Origin: Bacteroidales bacterium
GTDB lineage: Bacteria; Bacteroidota; Bacteroidia; Bacteroidales; UBA7960
DNA: 64,000 nt
NCBI GenBank assembly: GCA_007118495.1
Contig: SKRM01000024.1
Span: forward strand, 76,631-140,630
Reading direction: 5' to 3'
Shown here in pieces: positions 35,869-45,023 of the stretch. Below the pieces are notes generated by a model, which did not search any database, was not told the DNA's origin, and was given only the letters and a program-made list of their open reading frames with translations. Each line of letters begins with the position of its first letter. The first letter of the stretch is position 1. The translations under genes and the position numbers were made by a program.

Positions 35869-36861
35869 TTACTGGTTCAGTATCTTATTGATTTGCCCCA
35901 GTTCATCGGATGTGAATTGGGGCATTTTCAATGACTCCAGATTGTTCTCCAACTGCTCCAAGCTGCTGGCTCCAACTATTACTGAGCTTATTCTGTGATC
36001 TTTCATAACCCAGGCAAGGGCCATCTGGGCCAGGGTCTGACCCCGTTCACTGGCCAGCACATTCAGTTTACTGACCTGTTCCATCACTTTTGATGTCAGT
36101 TCTTCAGGCTTAAGGAATCCTGAAGGCTTCGAAGCCCGCGACCCTGAGGGAATACCTTTGAGGTAACGATCGGTAAGAACGCCCTGAGCCAATGAAGAAA
36201 AAGTAATACACCCAATTCCAAGCTCTTCAAGTGTGTCCAGCAGACCATCTTCGACCCATCTGTCGAACATGGAGTATTTGGGTTGATGTATGAGGCAGGG
36301 AGTACCAAGCTTTCGGAGGATAGCCTCAGCCTCTCTGGTTTGTTCAGCAGAGTAACTTGACAACCCCACGTAGAGAGCCTTGCCCTGGCGCACTACCTGA
36401 TCAAGAGCCATCATGGTTTCTTCCATGGGCGTTTCAGGATCAGGTCGGTGGTGATAGAAAATATCCACATAATCGAGTCGAAGCCGCTTTAGGCTCTGAT
36501 CCAGGCTGCTAATGAGATATTTTCGGGAACCGAAGTCACCATATGGGCCGGGCCACATATAATATCCGGCTTTGGTTGACACCACCAGTTCATCCCTGTG
36601 TGCAGACAGATCAGATGAAAGGATGCGTCCAAAATTTTCTTCAGCACTCCCCGGAGGTGGACCATAATTATTGGCCAGGTCAAAGTGGGTAATTCCTGCA
36701 TCAAATGCACCGCAAATGAGTTGACGTGCAATAACCTGATCATCATCCTGGCCAAAATTATGCCAAAGGCCCAGCGAAATGGCCGGAAGGAATAAACCGC
36801 TTCGGCCAACACGGTTGTACGTCATTCCTTTATATCTTTGGGGATTGGGAATATAGTTCAT
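35869..36861 (-). CDS. Aldo/keto reductase (YghZ/Gpr-like)
   Basis: The N-terminus NPQRYKGMTYNRVGRSGLFLPAISLGLWHNFG closely mirrors E. coli YghZ. AKR motifs FDLANNYG and HRPD are present. Confidence 0.85.
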   Translation of the reverse strand: MNYIPNPQRYKGMTYNRVGRSGLFLPAISLGLWHNFGQDDDQVIARQLICGAFDAGITHFDLANNYGPPPGSAEENFGRILSSDLSAHRDELVVSTKAGYYMWPGPYGDFGSRKYLISSLDQSLKRLRLDYVDIFYHHRPDPETPMEETMMALDQVVRQGKALYVGLSSYSAEQTREAEAILRKLGTPCLIHQPKYSMFDRWVEDGLLDTLEELGIGCITFSSLAQGVLTDRYLKGIPSGSRASKPSGFLKPEELTSKVMEQVSKLNVLASERGQTLAQMALAWVMKDHRISSVIVGASSLEQLENNLESLKMPQFTSDELGQINKILNQ

Positions 36862-36908
36862 ATTGCTTTGGTTTTAACCCTAAAGCTACAAAATAAAACC
36901 ACTTCGCC

Positions 36909-38276
36909 ATGGAAACCCTGCTTATTGTAATTACACTGATTCTTGTAATATTGATACTGCTGCTCACCTTGCTTAGACAAGTGAAGCCTGGAAAAGAACA
37001 AGAACTTACCGGACAATTGCAAGAATTGCAGCGAATACTTAACAGACTTGAGACAGGGCTTAAAGACGAATTCCGCACCAATAGAGAGGAAAACGCAGGG
37101 ATTGCCAAAGACAACCGGATGGAACTTGGTCAGGCGCTTGAACGCATTGGGAAAGAGATACGGGAAACACTCAAAGAGCTTACCGAACAAGCCCAAAAAG
37201 ACAGTACACAGATGAGGGAGTCGCTTGAAAAAGCATTTAAGGGCTTTCAGGAAACCTTTGATAAAAATGTGGAGTCATTTAATACCCTTCAGCGGGAAAA
37301 GTTCGGGAAAATGGAAGAAGCCCAACTAAAGCTCATTGAAGGCACAGAAAAAAAGTTGGAGGCCATGCGTGCCACAGTGGACGAAAAGCTTCAGAAAACA
37401 CTCAATGAACGTTTGGGTCAATCATTTGAAACAGTGAGCAAACAGCTGCTTGCGGTACAGGCCGGACTTGGCGAAATGAGAACCCTGGCCAGTGATGTTG
37501 GCGGACTGAAAAAGGTACTTAGCAATGTCAAGATGCGCGGAGGAATCGGTGAAGTGCAACTTTCCATGTTACTGGAGCAACTTCTGGCACCTGAACAATA
37601 TGAATCAAATGTGAAAACCAAAGAGGGTTCATCAGATATGGTAGAATTCGCTATTAAACTGCCCGGCCGCGAAGACAGTAATCAAAGTGTTTACCTGCCC
37701 ATTGACGCCAAGTTTCCCCGCGAATCATATGAACAGCTGGTGGATGCATATGATGGAAATGATCTGATAGTTATTGAAGCCGCAGGCAAGAATATGGAAC
37801 ATGTCATTAAGAAGATGGCCAAAGATATCCATGAAAAATATATAGATCCACCCAATACCACTGATTTTGCCATTATGTTCCTGCCCTTCGAAGGCATTTA
37901 TGCAGAGGTGGTCAGGCGTGCCAGCTTGCTTGAGCAGCTTCAACGCGACTACAAAGTGATCGTTACCGGCCCCACCACCCTGGCAGCCATCCTGAACAGC
38001 CTGCAAATGGGTTTCAGGACGCTGACCATTCAAAAACGAAGCAGCGAGGTATGGAAAATTCTTGGAGCAGTGAAAAAAGAATTTGAGAAATTTGGAGGCA
38101 TGCTTGACAAAGCCCAGAAAAACCTGCATACAGCAAGTGATCAGCTTGACGAGGTAATCGGACGGCGTACACGGGCAATTACCAGAACCCTGAAAAGCGT
38201 AGAAAGTCTGTCTGAACAAGAAACCCGCAAGCTGCTTCCTGAATTTCAGGATGATGAAGATGAGGATAATACCTAA
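36909..38276 (+). CDS. rmuC: DNA recombination protein RmuC
   Basis: N-terminal TM helix, long coiled coil, and a C-terminal RmuC nuclease-like domain (RGGIGEVQL, VEFAIKLP, LPIDAKFP, MFLPFEGIY). Confidence 0.85.
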   Translation: METLLIVITLILVILILLLTLLRQVKPGKEQELTGQLQELQRILNRLETGLKDEFRTNREENAGIAKDNRMELGQALERIGKEIRETLKELTEQAQKDSTQMRESLEKAFKGFQETFDKNVESFNTLQREKFGKMEEAQLKLIEGTEKKLEAMRATVDEKLQKTLNERLGQSFETVSKQLLAVQAGLGEMRTLASDVGGLKKVLSNVKMRGGIGEVQLSMLLEQLLAPEQYESNVKTKEGSSDMVEFAIKLPGREDSNQSVYLPIDAKFPRESYEQLVDAYDGNDLIVIEAAGKNMEHVIKKMAKDIHEKYIDPPNTTDFAIMFLPFEGIYAEVVRRASLLEQLQRDYKVIVTGPTTLAAILNSLQMGFRTLTIQKRSSEVWKILGAVKKEFEKFGGMLDKAQKNLHTASDQLDEVIGRRTRAITRTLKSVESLSEQETRKLLPEFQDDEDEDNT

Positions 38277-39163
38277 GCAACAGGTTTTCTCATCCGTAAA
38301 AACAGATTGATTCCCAGCTCTTCACTGAGTACATCTGTCATCTGGGCGGGGACACCTGCCTGGCTTGCAAATCTCAACAATTCATCTTCAGATCGGTGAT
38401 ATAAAAACCAGTCACCCAGCACTTCCATAATCTTACGTGACGGATTTTGGGTGTTGAAATTTCCGATGACCATTTGTCCTCCCGGTGACACGTACTCATA
38501 ATACCTTTTGATTAGGAAAACAAAATGTTTGTCTTTGAAATAGTCAAACAAGCCTGCGCTCCAGATAAGGTCATAGCTTGAATCAGATGAAAACCGGATG
38601 GCATTTCTGTTGAAGAAACGCAGATAGTCAATATAAGCCTGATTCTTTTTTGAGGCATAATCTATGGCACGCTGATCAAGGTCAACCAGGTCAAAATGCA
38701 GATAATTCTCATCAGTTTGCCTGAAATATTCATTGACCTCTGTCATAGGTCCGCTACCCAAAATAAGCACCCTGCGTTTTTCACCATTTGCAGCATCATT
38801 CAAGCTAGTGAGCATTTCTATGGCCAGTTTCTTTCTGTTCACGACAGCTTTTGCAGCTGGCAGCAGGTGAAAAAACTCATCCCATTTACGATAACGTGGA
38901 TCAGGGCTCGCATAATGCTGGTAGATCTTCTCAATAATGAAGAAGTCTCCATTGTAACCGAAGGGTTTGGTATAAGAAAAGCCAATGATGGTTCCGGGGT
39001 TGAGAATTGGCTCCATGGCTTTCCGAAAAGACTCGATATGTTCAGGCTTCAGGCTATCGATAATGTTGAGAACAGTCTCAAAGTCGCCGGGATCCGGACC
39101 GTTTTTGGCAAATATTTCCTCAAGGTAGGCGTCTGGGGGTATAGTTTCCTGGGTCTGCTTCAT
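38273..39163 (-). CDS. Class I SAM-dependent methyltransferase with ~130-aa N-terminal extension (possible PhcB-like small-molecule MTase)
   Basis: Motif I (RVLILGSGPMTE), acidic beta-2 end (DLVDLD), post-I/II (YDLIWSAGLFDYF) and SPGGQMVIGNF. The N-terminal segment has KPFGYNGDFFIIEKIY. It is the last gene of the two-component operon, 3 nt after the LytTR regulator. Confidence 0.75.
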   Translation of the reverse strand: MKQTQETIPPDAYLEEIFAKNGPDPGDFETVLNIIDSLKPEHIESFRKAMEPILNPGTIIGFSYTKPFGYNGDFFIIEKIYQHYASPDPRYRKWDEFFHLLPAAKAVVNRKKLAIEMLTSLNDAANGEKRRVLILGSGPMTEVNEYFRQTDENYLHFDLVDLDQRAIDYASKKNQAYIDYLRFFNRNAIRFSSDSSYDLIWSAGLFDYFKDKHFVFLIKRYYEYVSPGGQMVIGNFNTQNPSRKIMEVLGDWFLYHRSEDELLRFASQAGVPAQMTDVLSEELGINLFLRMRKPVA

Positions 39164-39166
39164 AGC

Positions 39167-39919
39167 CTATTTATTCAGCATGGCTTCCAACAGCTCACGG
39201 TGTTCTTCATCCACAGTAATTACCGTCATTTTATCTGCCATGATTAGTTCAGGATACTTGGCGATAAATACCTTATCCAGGTTAATGATGTAATCAACAC
39301 TCACACGCACAAAGGTATCTTCAGGTAATTTTTTCTCGACATTATCGAGGCTGTCATGAATAACCAGGTCATTGTCCCGAAGGTAAACACGACAGTTTTC
39401 ATCTTCCTGCTCCAGGTAATACACATTGGGCAGATTGATCTTTTCAAGGCCCTTTGCCCCTTCGAGGATTAATTGGTTTTTCACCTTTGAACTAGCCTTG
39501 AAAAAAGTGTTGAACTGGTCACTTTCCATCTTTGATTTAATGTCATTCTCAAATTTATACCTCGCAATTTCTATGTTGGTTTGCAGGTCTTTCTCTGAAA
39601 ATGGTTTAATGATATACCCATAGGGAAGTGATATCTTGGCTTTTTCAATGGTTGCCACATCGGCGTTGGCTGTAAGAAATATCACAGGCACATCATGCTT
39701 CTGCCCAATAATGGTAGCTGCTTCGATACCGGTCATGTCGCCCTTCAGGATAATGTCCATCAGGATAAGATCGGGTAATTGCTTTTCAACCTCTTCAATG
39801 GCGTCCTTTCCCGAAGCCACCGTGTTCTGCACCGTGTACCCCAGGCTCAGCAAACTCTCTTCGATGTCTGCGGCCACAAGAAATTCATCTTCAACCACAA
39901 GGATGTTCAAATTGCTCAT
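39167..39919 (-). CDS. Response regulator, REC + LytTR DNA-binding domain
   Basis: Receiver (ILVVEDE, LILMDIIL, IIKPF) and a C-terminal LytTR-like domain (YYLEQEDENCRVYL...FVRVSVDYIINLDKV). Confidence 0.8.
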   Translation of the reverse strand: MSNLNILVVEDEFLVAADIEESLLSLGYTVQNTVASGKDAIEEVEKQLPDLILMDIILKGDMTGIEAATIIGQKHDVPVIFLTANADVATIEKAKISLPYGYIIKPFSEKDLQTNIEIARYKFENDIKSKMESDQFNTFFKASSKVKNQLILEGAKGLEKINLPNVYYLEQEDENCRVYLRDNDLVIHDSLDNVEKKLPEDTFVRVSVDYIINLDKVFIAKYPELIMADKMTVITVDEEHRELLEAMLNK

Positions 39920-39931
39920 ATACCAGTATTA

Positions 39932-40990
39932 TTAAATCTTAAAATGAATATCGTATTTTGTTCCGTTTGAAAAATCATACTCCAATTTACCGTCAATTTG
40001 CTGGACGAGCTTAAAAACGATGCGCATACCCAGCGATCTGGATGCTTTTATATCAAAATCAGGCTCCATGCCCTTGCCATTATCGGCTACCTGCAACACA
40101 AATTCTTTTCTCCCCTTATTAAGGAGAGCAATCCTGATTACTCCTTCACCATTCTCCTTAAATGCATGCTTAAACGCATTGGATATAAGCTCATTGATGA
40201 TCAATCCGCATGGTATACCAATATCGAGCGGCAGATATACATCGGCCACCTCATATTCAAACCTGACTTGATGTTGAATATCGTAATACGTTCTTGACAG
40301 ATTGCCTGCAAGACTTTTTACATAATTTGAAAACTGAATATTGGCCAGGTTTTCATGCTGATACAGGTTTTCGTGGATAAGCGCCATTGACCGGATGCGG
40401 TTTCGGCTTTCAGCAAGTACAGTACGAAGCTTCTCATCCTCAACCAGGCGTTCCTGCATGGTCAGAATGCTTGAAATAATCTGCATATTGTTTTTTACAC
40501 GGTGATGTACCTCTTTAAGCAGCACATCCTTTTCGTCGAGAGACCTTTTGAGGTTCTTTTCAGCCACACGTCTTCTGATCTCCTTCTCGGCCAGGGCCTT
40601 TTTAAGCAGAATATTGCCTGCCAACTGGTCAATTAGGGCATAGAGCCTGACCGGATCTACCGGTTTGATCAGGTAACCATTCACGCCCAGGTTGATGGCA
40701 TCAAGAAAATATTCTTTAACACTATAAGCCGACATAACTATAACCTGCACATCATCTGAAAGCTTCTTGATCTCTCTGATCATATCAAGACCGTTCATGA
40801 TGGGCATGCTGATATCGGTAATGATCAGGTCAGGATTTTTAGCCTTGAATTTCTCCAGGCCTTCTTGTCCGTTCTCAGCAACATAGAAGGTTTCTACACG
40901 TTTTCTTAGGCGCTTTTCATACAGACTGCGAATGGTATCATTATCTTCGACAAAAAGAAGTGTAATCTGGTGGGGGAGGATCTGATCCAT
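39932..40990 (-). CDS. Receiver-histidine kinase fusion (REC-HisKA_2-HATPase_c)
   Basis: N-terminal receiver (LLFVEDN, LIITDISMP, LIKP), HisKA_2 H-box (EVHHRVKNNMQIISS), N box (ELISNAFKHAF) and G box (DNGKGM). Confidence 0.85.
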   Translation of the reverse strand: MDQILPHQITLLFVEDNDTIRSLYEKRLRKRVETFYVAENGQEGLEKFKAKNPDLIITDISMPIMNGLDMIREIKKLSDDVQVIVMSAYSVKEYFLDAINLGVNGYLIKPVDPVRLYALIDQLAGNILLKKALAEKEIRRRVAEKNLKRSLDEKDVLLKEVHHRVKNNMQIISSILTMQERLVEDEKLRTVLAESRNRIRSMALIHENLYQHENLANIQFSNYVKSLAGNLSRTYYDIQHQVRFEYEVADVYLPLDIGIPCGLIINELISNAFKHAFKENGEGVIRIALLNKGRKEFVLQVADNGKGMEPDFDIKASRSLGMRIVFKLVQQIDGKLEYDFSNGTKYDIHFKI

Positions 40991-41014
40991 AACAGGAATA
41001 TCTCAGATTGATGA

Positions 41015-42880
41015 TTATAAATATCTGGCTATGAGTTGCAGAAATTCGTTAACATTAAAAGGCTTGGCGATGTAGTCATTGCATCCGGATTCCTGGCTTT
41101 TCTCCCTGTCACCATCCATGGCATATGAAGTCTGGGCAATGACTGGAATATCAGGACGGACCTCTTTAATCAGTTTAGTGGCTGTATACCCGTCCATGAC
41201 AGGCATCCTGACATCCATAAGAACAAGGTCAATTTGTTGTTCTTTTTTACATTCATCCAGGGCTTCTTGCCCGTTCTTTGCCCATATAAGCGAAACATCT
41301 GTTTTGCGTAGTGCAGTTTTAATTAACAGGTAATTGGTGGCAACATCCTCTGCAACCAGGATTACTTTGTTTTTCCAGTTGAAGTTCATTTCAGAAGGCT
41401 TTATGGAAAAATTCTTAAAAATAGATTGATCTCCCTGTAAAAAGGGAATTGTAAAACTAAAGACAGAGCCACCTGGGTAATTGCTCTCAACCCAAATCTC
41501 ACCTCCAAGCAACTGTACAAATGCTTTTGAAATGGCAAGGCCCAAACCCGAACCTTCAAACTTGGGTTGATGATCAATGGTGGCTTGCATAAAGCGGTCA
41601 AAAATGACCTCCTGCTGCTCCCTTGGGATTCCTGTCCCTGTGTCTTTCACATAAAACAACAGGTCTTCTTTATGCACAGTGTAGCCAATCTCAACAAAGC
41701 CATTACTGGTAAATTTCATGGCATTGCTGGTGAGGTTGATCAAAATCTGCTTTAAACGTGTCCGGTCTGAAGTAATAACGGCATCCACACCGGAAAGACT
41801 GCATCTTAATTTCAGTTTAACACGTTTTTCAAGCACCTTGTGATTGCTTTTAAACATGTTGTGAACCTCATCAAGGAGGGCATTTAGTGAGAATTCGCTA
41901 TGGTTTACCGATAACATTCCCACCTCAATCTTCGACAAATCTATGATATCATTGATAAGTTCAAGCAAATGATTTCCGTTCCTGTTGATTACCTCCACAA
42001 ACTCCCGCCTTTCTTCTTCGTCTTCTGCCTCAAGCAGTAGTTGTGAGAAACCCAGGATACCATTCATGGGAGTTCTGATTTCATGGCTCATATTGGCCAG
42101 AAAGGCTGACTTCAGTTTATCAGATTGTTCTGCCCTTTCTTTTGCTTCTTTGAGCTGAGACGTTCTTTCATCGACTTTTATCTCCAGGGTCTTATTCACC
42201 TCCTCAACTTCTTCCTTACGCTTATCAAGTTCATTATTAAGAAAGAAATCTCTTCGGGCAAAATATTCGATGTTATAGGAAGCAAACATCCCAATGATAT
42301 TGGCCGAAACATAAAAGAAATTGTTGTTGATGATGAGTTCAAGTGGAGCATCAGAAAGCAAAAATGCACCGGCGTTGTATATAATGAGGTTGAACCATCC
42401 CGCAATGGCGGCAAGAAAAAACCGTAGCTTGATAAAAAAATACCCGGCAAAGAACACCAGCATCAACCCGCCGTAATATGCATGGTTTTCAGGGACTACA
42501 ACCAACATGGCACTTATTCCTGTTCCGGCAACAATAAAGGAAAGAAACAAAAGCCCTTGCCATATATTTTTAAAAAGAGGGAAAAACGAAAGGAATAAAA
42601 CGATCAGAAGTACTGGTATGACAATACCAAAACGAATGATCATAAAAGCCTCCCTCAGGTCAGGAACCATCACTGAGTCAAGCACACCGAACAACCCGTA
42701 CAATATGGCAACCAGCACAAATGCCACACGGAAATGCACCAGGGAGTCAGCAAAGTATTTTGACAAAAACACCTTTTCCTGATCGTCCCTGAAAGATAGC
42801 GTATACGGGTTTAATTGCATAGATATAATCTTGCGTGGGAAACCATTAAGAAAAGCCCCGGCAAGACGATTGTTGTTCAT
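41015..42880 (-). CDS. Membrane hybrid sensor histidine kinase (multi-TM sensor, HisKA-HATPase_c-REC)
   Basis: About 6 TM helices, a coiled coil, H-box (MSHEIRTPMNG), N/G boxes and a C-terminal receiver (LVLMDVRMP). The start was set to ATG 42880 because a TAnnTTTG box lies at 42913-42920. The ORF track start at 42943 is an alternative. Confidence 0.85.
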   Translation of the reverse strand: MNNNRLAGAFLNGFPRKIISMQLNPYTLSFRDDQEKVFLSKYFADSLVHFRVAFVLVAILYGLFGVLDSVMVPDLREAFMIIRFGIVIPVLLIVLFLSFFPLFKNIWQGLLFLSFIVAGTGISAMLVVVPENHAYYGGLMLVFFAGYFFIKLRFFLAAIAGWFNLIIYNAGAFLLSDAPLELIINNNFFYVSANIIGMFASYNIEYFARRDFFLNNELDKRKEEVEEVNKTLEIKVDERTSQLKEAKERAEQSDKLKSAFLANMSHEIRTPMNGILGFSQLLLEAEDEEERREFVEVINRNGNHLLELINDIIDLSKIEVGMLSVNHSEFSLNALLDEVHNMFKSNHKVLEKRVKLKLRCSLSGVDAVITSDRTRLKQILINLTSNAMKFTSNGFVEIGYTVHKEDLLFYVKDTGTGIPREQQEVIFDRFMQATIDHQPKFEGSGLGLAISKAFVQLLGGEIWVESNYPGGSVFSFTIPFLQGDQSIFKNFSIKPSEMNFNWKNKVILVAEDVATNYLLIKTALRKTDVSLIWAKNGQEALDECKKEQQIDLVLMDVRMPVMDGYTATKLIKEVRPDIPVIAQTSYAMDGDREKSQESGCNDYIAKPFNVNEFLQLIARYL

Positions 42881-42912
42881 GGTTAAACAGCTGCACTTAT
42901 TAACAGTCAAAA

Positions 42913-42920
42913 CAAAAATA
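42913..42920 (-). promoter_or_regulatory. Candidate -7 box (TAnnTTTG) for the kinase/LytTR/methyltransferase operon
   Basis: The minus strand reads TATTTTTG, 33 nt upstream of ATG 42880. Confidence 0.35.
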
Positions 42921-42965
42921 AACCTTTTTGGTATATCATACACATTTATATCTATGTCTTTTTCC

Positions 42966-42973
42966 TAACTTTG
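42966..42973 (+). promoter_or_regulatory. Candidate -7 box (TAnnTTTG) for pnuC
   Basis: TAACTTTG lies 30 nt upstream of ATG 43004 and overlaps the TTG start used by the ORF track. Confidence 0.35.
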
Positions 42974-43003
42974 CCCCTCTTCTACAAGCCTAAACACATT
43001 GCT

Positions 43004-43669
43004 ATGATCGCTGCAGGGTTTTTTCAGTTGTTTTATGAGAATCTAATGGCAACCACCTGGCCAGAACTGGTGGCCGTCCTTTTTGGCATCCTGAGCGTCT
43101 GGTATGCACGTAAAGCCAATCTCCTGGTGTATCCCACAGGTATTGTCAGCACAACTATTTACATATACATCTGCTTCCAGATCCAGCTATATGCAGATAT
43201 GGGCATCAATATCTTTTATACCAGTATGAGTATATATGGATGGTATATATGGACCAGAAAAGACGACCAGAAAAGGGTAAGGCCCATTCGCTGGAACACA
43301 AAAAGACAACAGGCCGGAGGGTTGTTAATGATTCCGGTTCTGTATGTATTGATTTTTGGACTGATTTACCTTTTTAAGCAGGACGATACAGAGTACATGA
43401 ATTCATATATACCTTACGTCGACTCCTTCACCACCTCCATATTCCTTTTGGGAATGTGGTATATGGCGCGGAAAAAGATTGAAAATTGGATTTACTGGAT
43501 TGCAGGCAACATCATTTCCATTCCTCTGTATTTTATCAAGGGTCTGGTGTTTACCAGCTTTCAGTTCACTGTCTTTCTGATACTGGCCATCTTGGGATTG
43601 ATGCACTGGATCAAGCTATACAATGAAGGAAGGGCGAGGGAACAAAAGTTTATCGATGACCTTATTTAG
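43004..43669 (+). CDS. pnuC: Nicotinamide riboside transporter PnuC
   Basis: The polytopic protein has the PnuC-typical segment YARKANLLVYPTGIVSTTIYIYICFQIQLYADMGINIFYTSMSIYGWYIW. Confidence 0.8.
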   Translation: MIAAGFFQLFYENLMATTWPELVAVLFGILSVWYARKANLLVYPTGIVSTTIYIYICFQIQLYADMGINIFYTSMSIYGWYIWTRKDDQKRVRPIRWNTKRQQAGGLLMIPVLYVLIFGLIYLFKQDDTEYMNSYIPYVDSFTTSIFLLGMWYMARKKIENWIYWIAGNIISIPLYFIKGLVFTSFQFTVFLILAILGLMHWIKLYNEGRAREQKFIDDLI

Positions 43670-44247
43670 CTGTCCTGATCTTTGCTGCGTCTGTTAAACT
43701 GGTTCATGGTATTTGCTACTCCCTGCATCCCAAAACTTAGGGCCATTTCACAAGCCAGATCAATGCGGGGGTCAATAACTTCCATTTCATCAGGGGTCCA
43801 TTTTCCAAGGACAAACTGCGACTGAAAACCCATTGGGTATTCACTTCCAATACCAAAACGCAAGCGTGCAAATTGACTGGTCCCCAATGTCTCAATGATA
43901 TCTGTCAACCCATTATGTCCACCAGGACCTCCCTTTGGACGCATACGCAGGGTTCCGAGTGGCAAGGCAACATCATCAGTAACGACCAAAAGGTTGTCCA
44001 GTGCGATATTTTCTTTATTAAGCCAGTAAAGCACCGGCCTTCCGCTCCGGTTCATGAAAGTAGATGGTTTAAGCAAATAAAACACCCTTCCCTTGAACCG
44101 GAACGAGGCCAGATCACCATAACGTGCTGGTTGAAATACAGCCTTGTGCTTTAGGGCCAGACGGTCTGCCACCATAAAACCTATGTTATGGCGGGTATCG
44201 GCATAATCGGGGCCGATATTACCAAGTCCGGCAATAAGAAATCGCAT
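43666..44247 (-). CDS. pth: Peptidyl-tRNA hydrolase
   Basis: LIAGLGNIGPDYADTRHNIGF, the catalytic His region, and GHNGLTDI. Confidence 0.9.
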   Translation of the reverse strand: MRFLIAGLGNIGPDYADTRHNIGFMVADRLALKHKAVFQPARYGDLASFRFKGRVFYLLKPSTFMNRSGRPVLYWLNKENIALDNLLVVTDDVALPLGTLRMRPKGGPGGHNGLTDIIETLGTSQFARLRFGIGSEYPMGFQSQFVLGKWTPDEMEVIDPRIDLACEMALSFGMQGVANTMNQFNRRSKDQDS

Positions 44248-44256
44248 ACGATGGGT

Positions 44257-44916
44257 TTATTCCTCTTTGGGTGCTTCATCGCCGGCAGCAGGAGCTTCAG
44301 CATCTTCTGCTCCTTCTCCTTCTGCAGCCTCTTCTGTTTCGTCTTCGTCAGGATCAACAGCTGCCATCATGGCGGCCCTGGCTGATTTAACCATGACAAC
44401 TACTGCGTTTTCAGGATCCATAAAACGGATATTATCCATCATCAGCTGTTCTACAACAACTGAATCACCTATTTGGAGCTTTGAAATATTCACATCTATT
44501 TCAGCAGGCAAATCATCCGGAAGTGCCAGCACTTCAAGCTTACGACGTTTTATCTGCATCTTGCCACCTGCAATTACACCAGGACTGTTTCCGGAAACAC
44601 TGATGGGGATAGCCATTTTGACAGGCTTATCAGGAAAAATCTGCAGAAAATCAGCGTGCAGAATCTTATCAGTAACAGGATGAAACTGAATGTCCTGTAA
44701 AACTACATCCATGGTTTTTTTTCCAATGGTCAACTTCACAATACATGCATCGGGTGAATACACAATACCCTTAAAGCTTTTTTCAGATGTAAAGAACTGA
44801 ATTTGTTCCTTACCTCCATAAACAACACAGGGTACATTGCCTTCTCTGCGCAGGCGTTTTGCATCTTTTTTCCCTACGTTCTCTCGCGGAGAACCGCTCA
44901 TAGATACTTTTTTCAT
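44257..44916 (-). CDS. rplY: 50S ribosomal protein L25 / general stress protein Ctc
   Basis: RENVGKKDAKRLRREGNVPCVVYGG, a Ctc-form C-terminal domain and an acidic tail. The start was set to ATG 44916. Confidence 0.9.
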   Translation of the reverse strand: MKKVSMSGSPRENVGKKDAKRLRREGNVPCVVYGGKEQIQFFTSEKSFKGIVYSPDACIVKLTIGKKTMDVVLQDIQFHPVTDKILHADFLQIFPDKPVKMAIPISVSGNSPGVIAGGKMQIKRRKLEVLALPDDLPAEIDVNISKLQIGDSVVVEQLMMDNIRFMDPENAVVVMVKSARAAMMAAVDPDEDETEEAAEGEGAEDAEAPAAGDEAPKEE

Positions 44917-45023
44917 AAAATAAAAATTTGAATATGGCATGGGGTTAAACTATTTAACCCCTTAAAAACAGCCTGCAAAGGTAATACTTTAGGCTGAAAA
45001 ATAAAGCAAGATCTGCTTTAAAA

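Noticed and set aside
38696-39247. A 183-aa antisense ORF across the methyltransferase/LytTR junction. Similar long shadow ORFs lie at 37725-38219, 27018-27512, 6857-7354, 56076-56519, 31426-31896 and 17266-17820.
   Set aside because: Each lies wholly within a gene whose other-frame or other-strand translation has clear family motifs. None has a signal, motif or plausible start context of its own.
38273-42943. An impression that the kinase/LytTR/methyltransferase operon is more AT-rich than its neighbours, which would suggest horizontal acquisition.
   Set aside because: Hand counts of single 60-nt lines gave 35-45% GC here. Housekeeping genes gave 38% (sufB line 57001) and 57% (metX line 25861). 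The spread is too large to support any claim without a proper windowed calculation.
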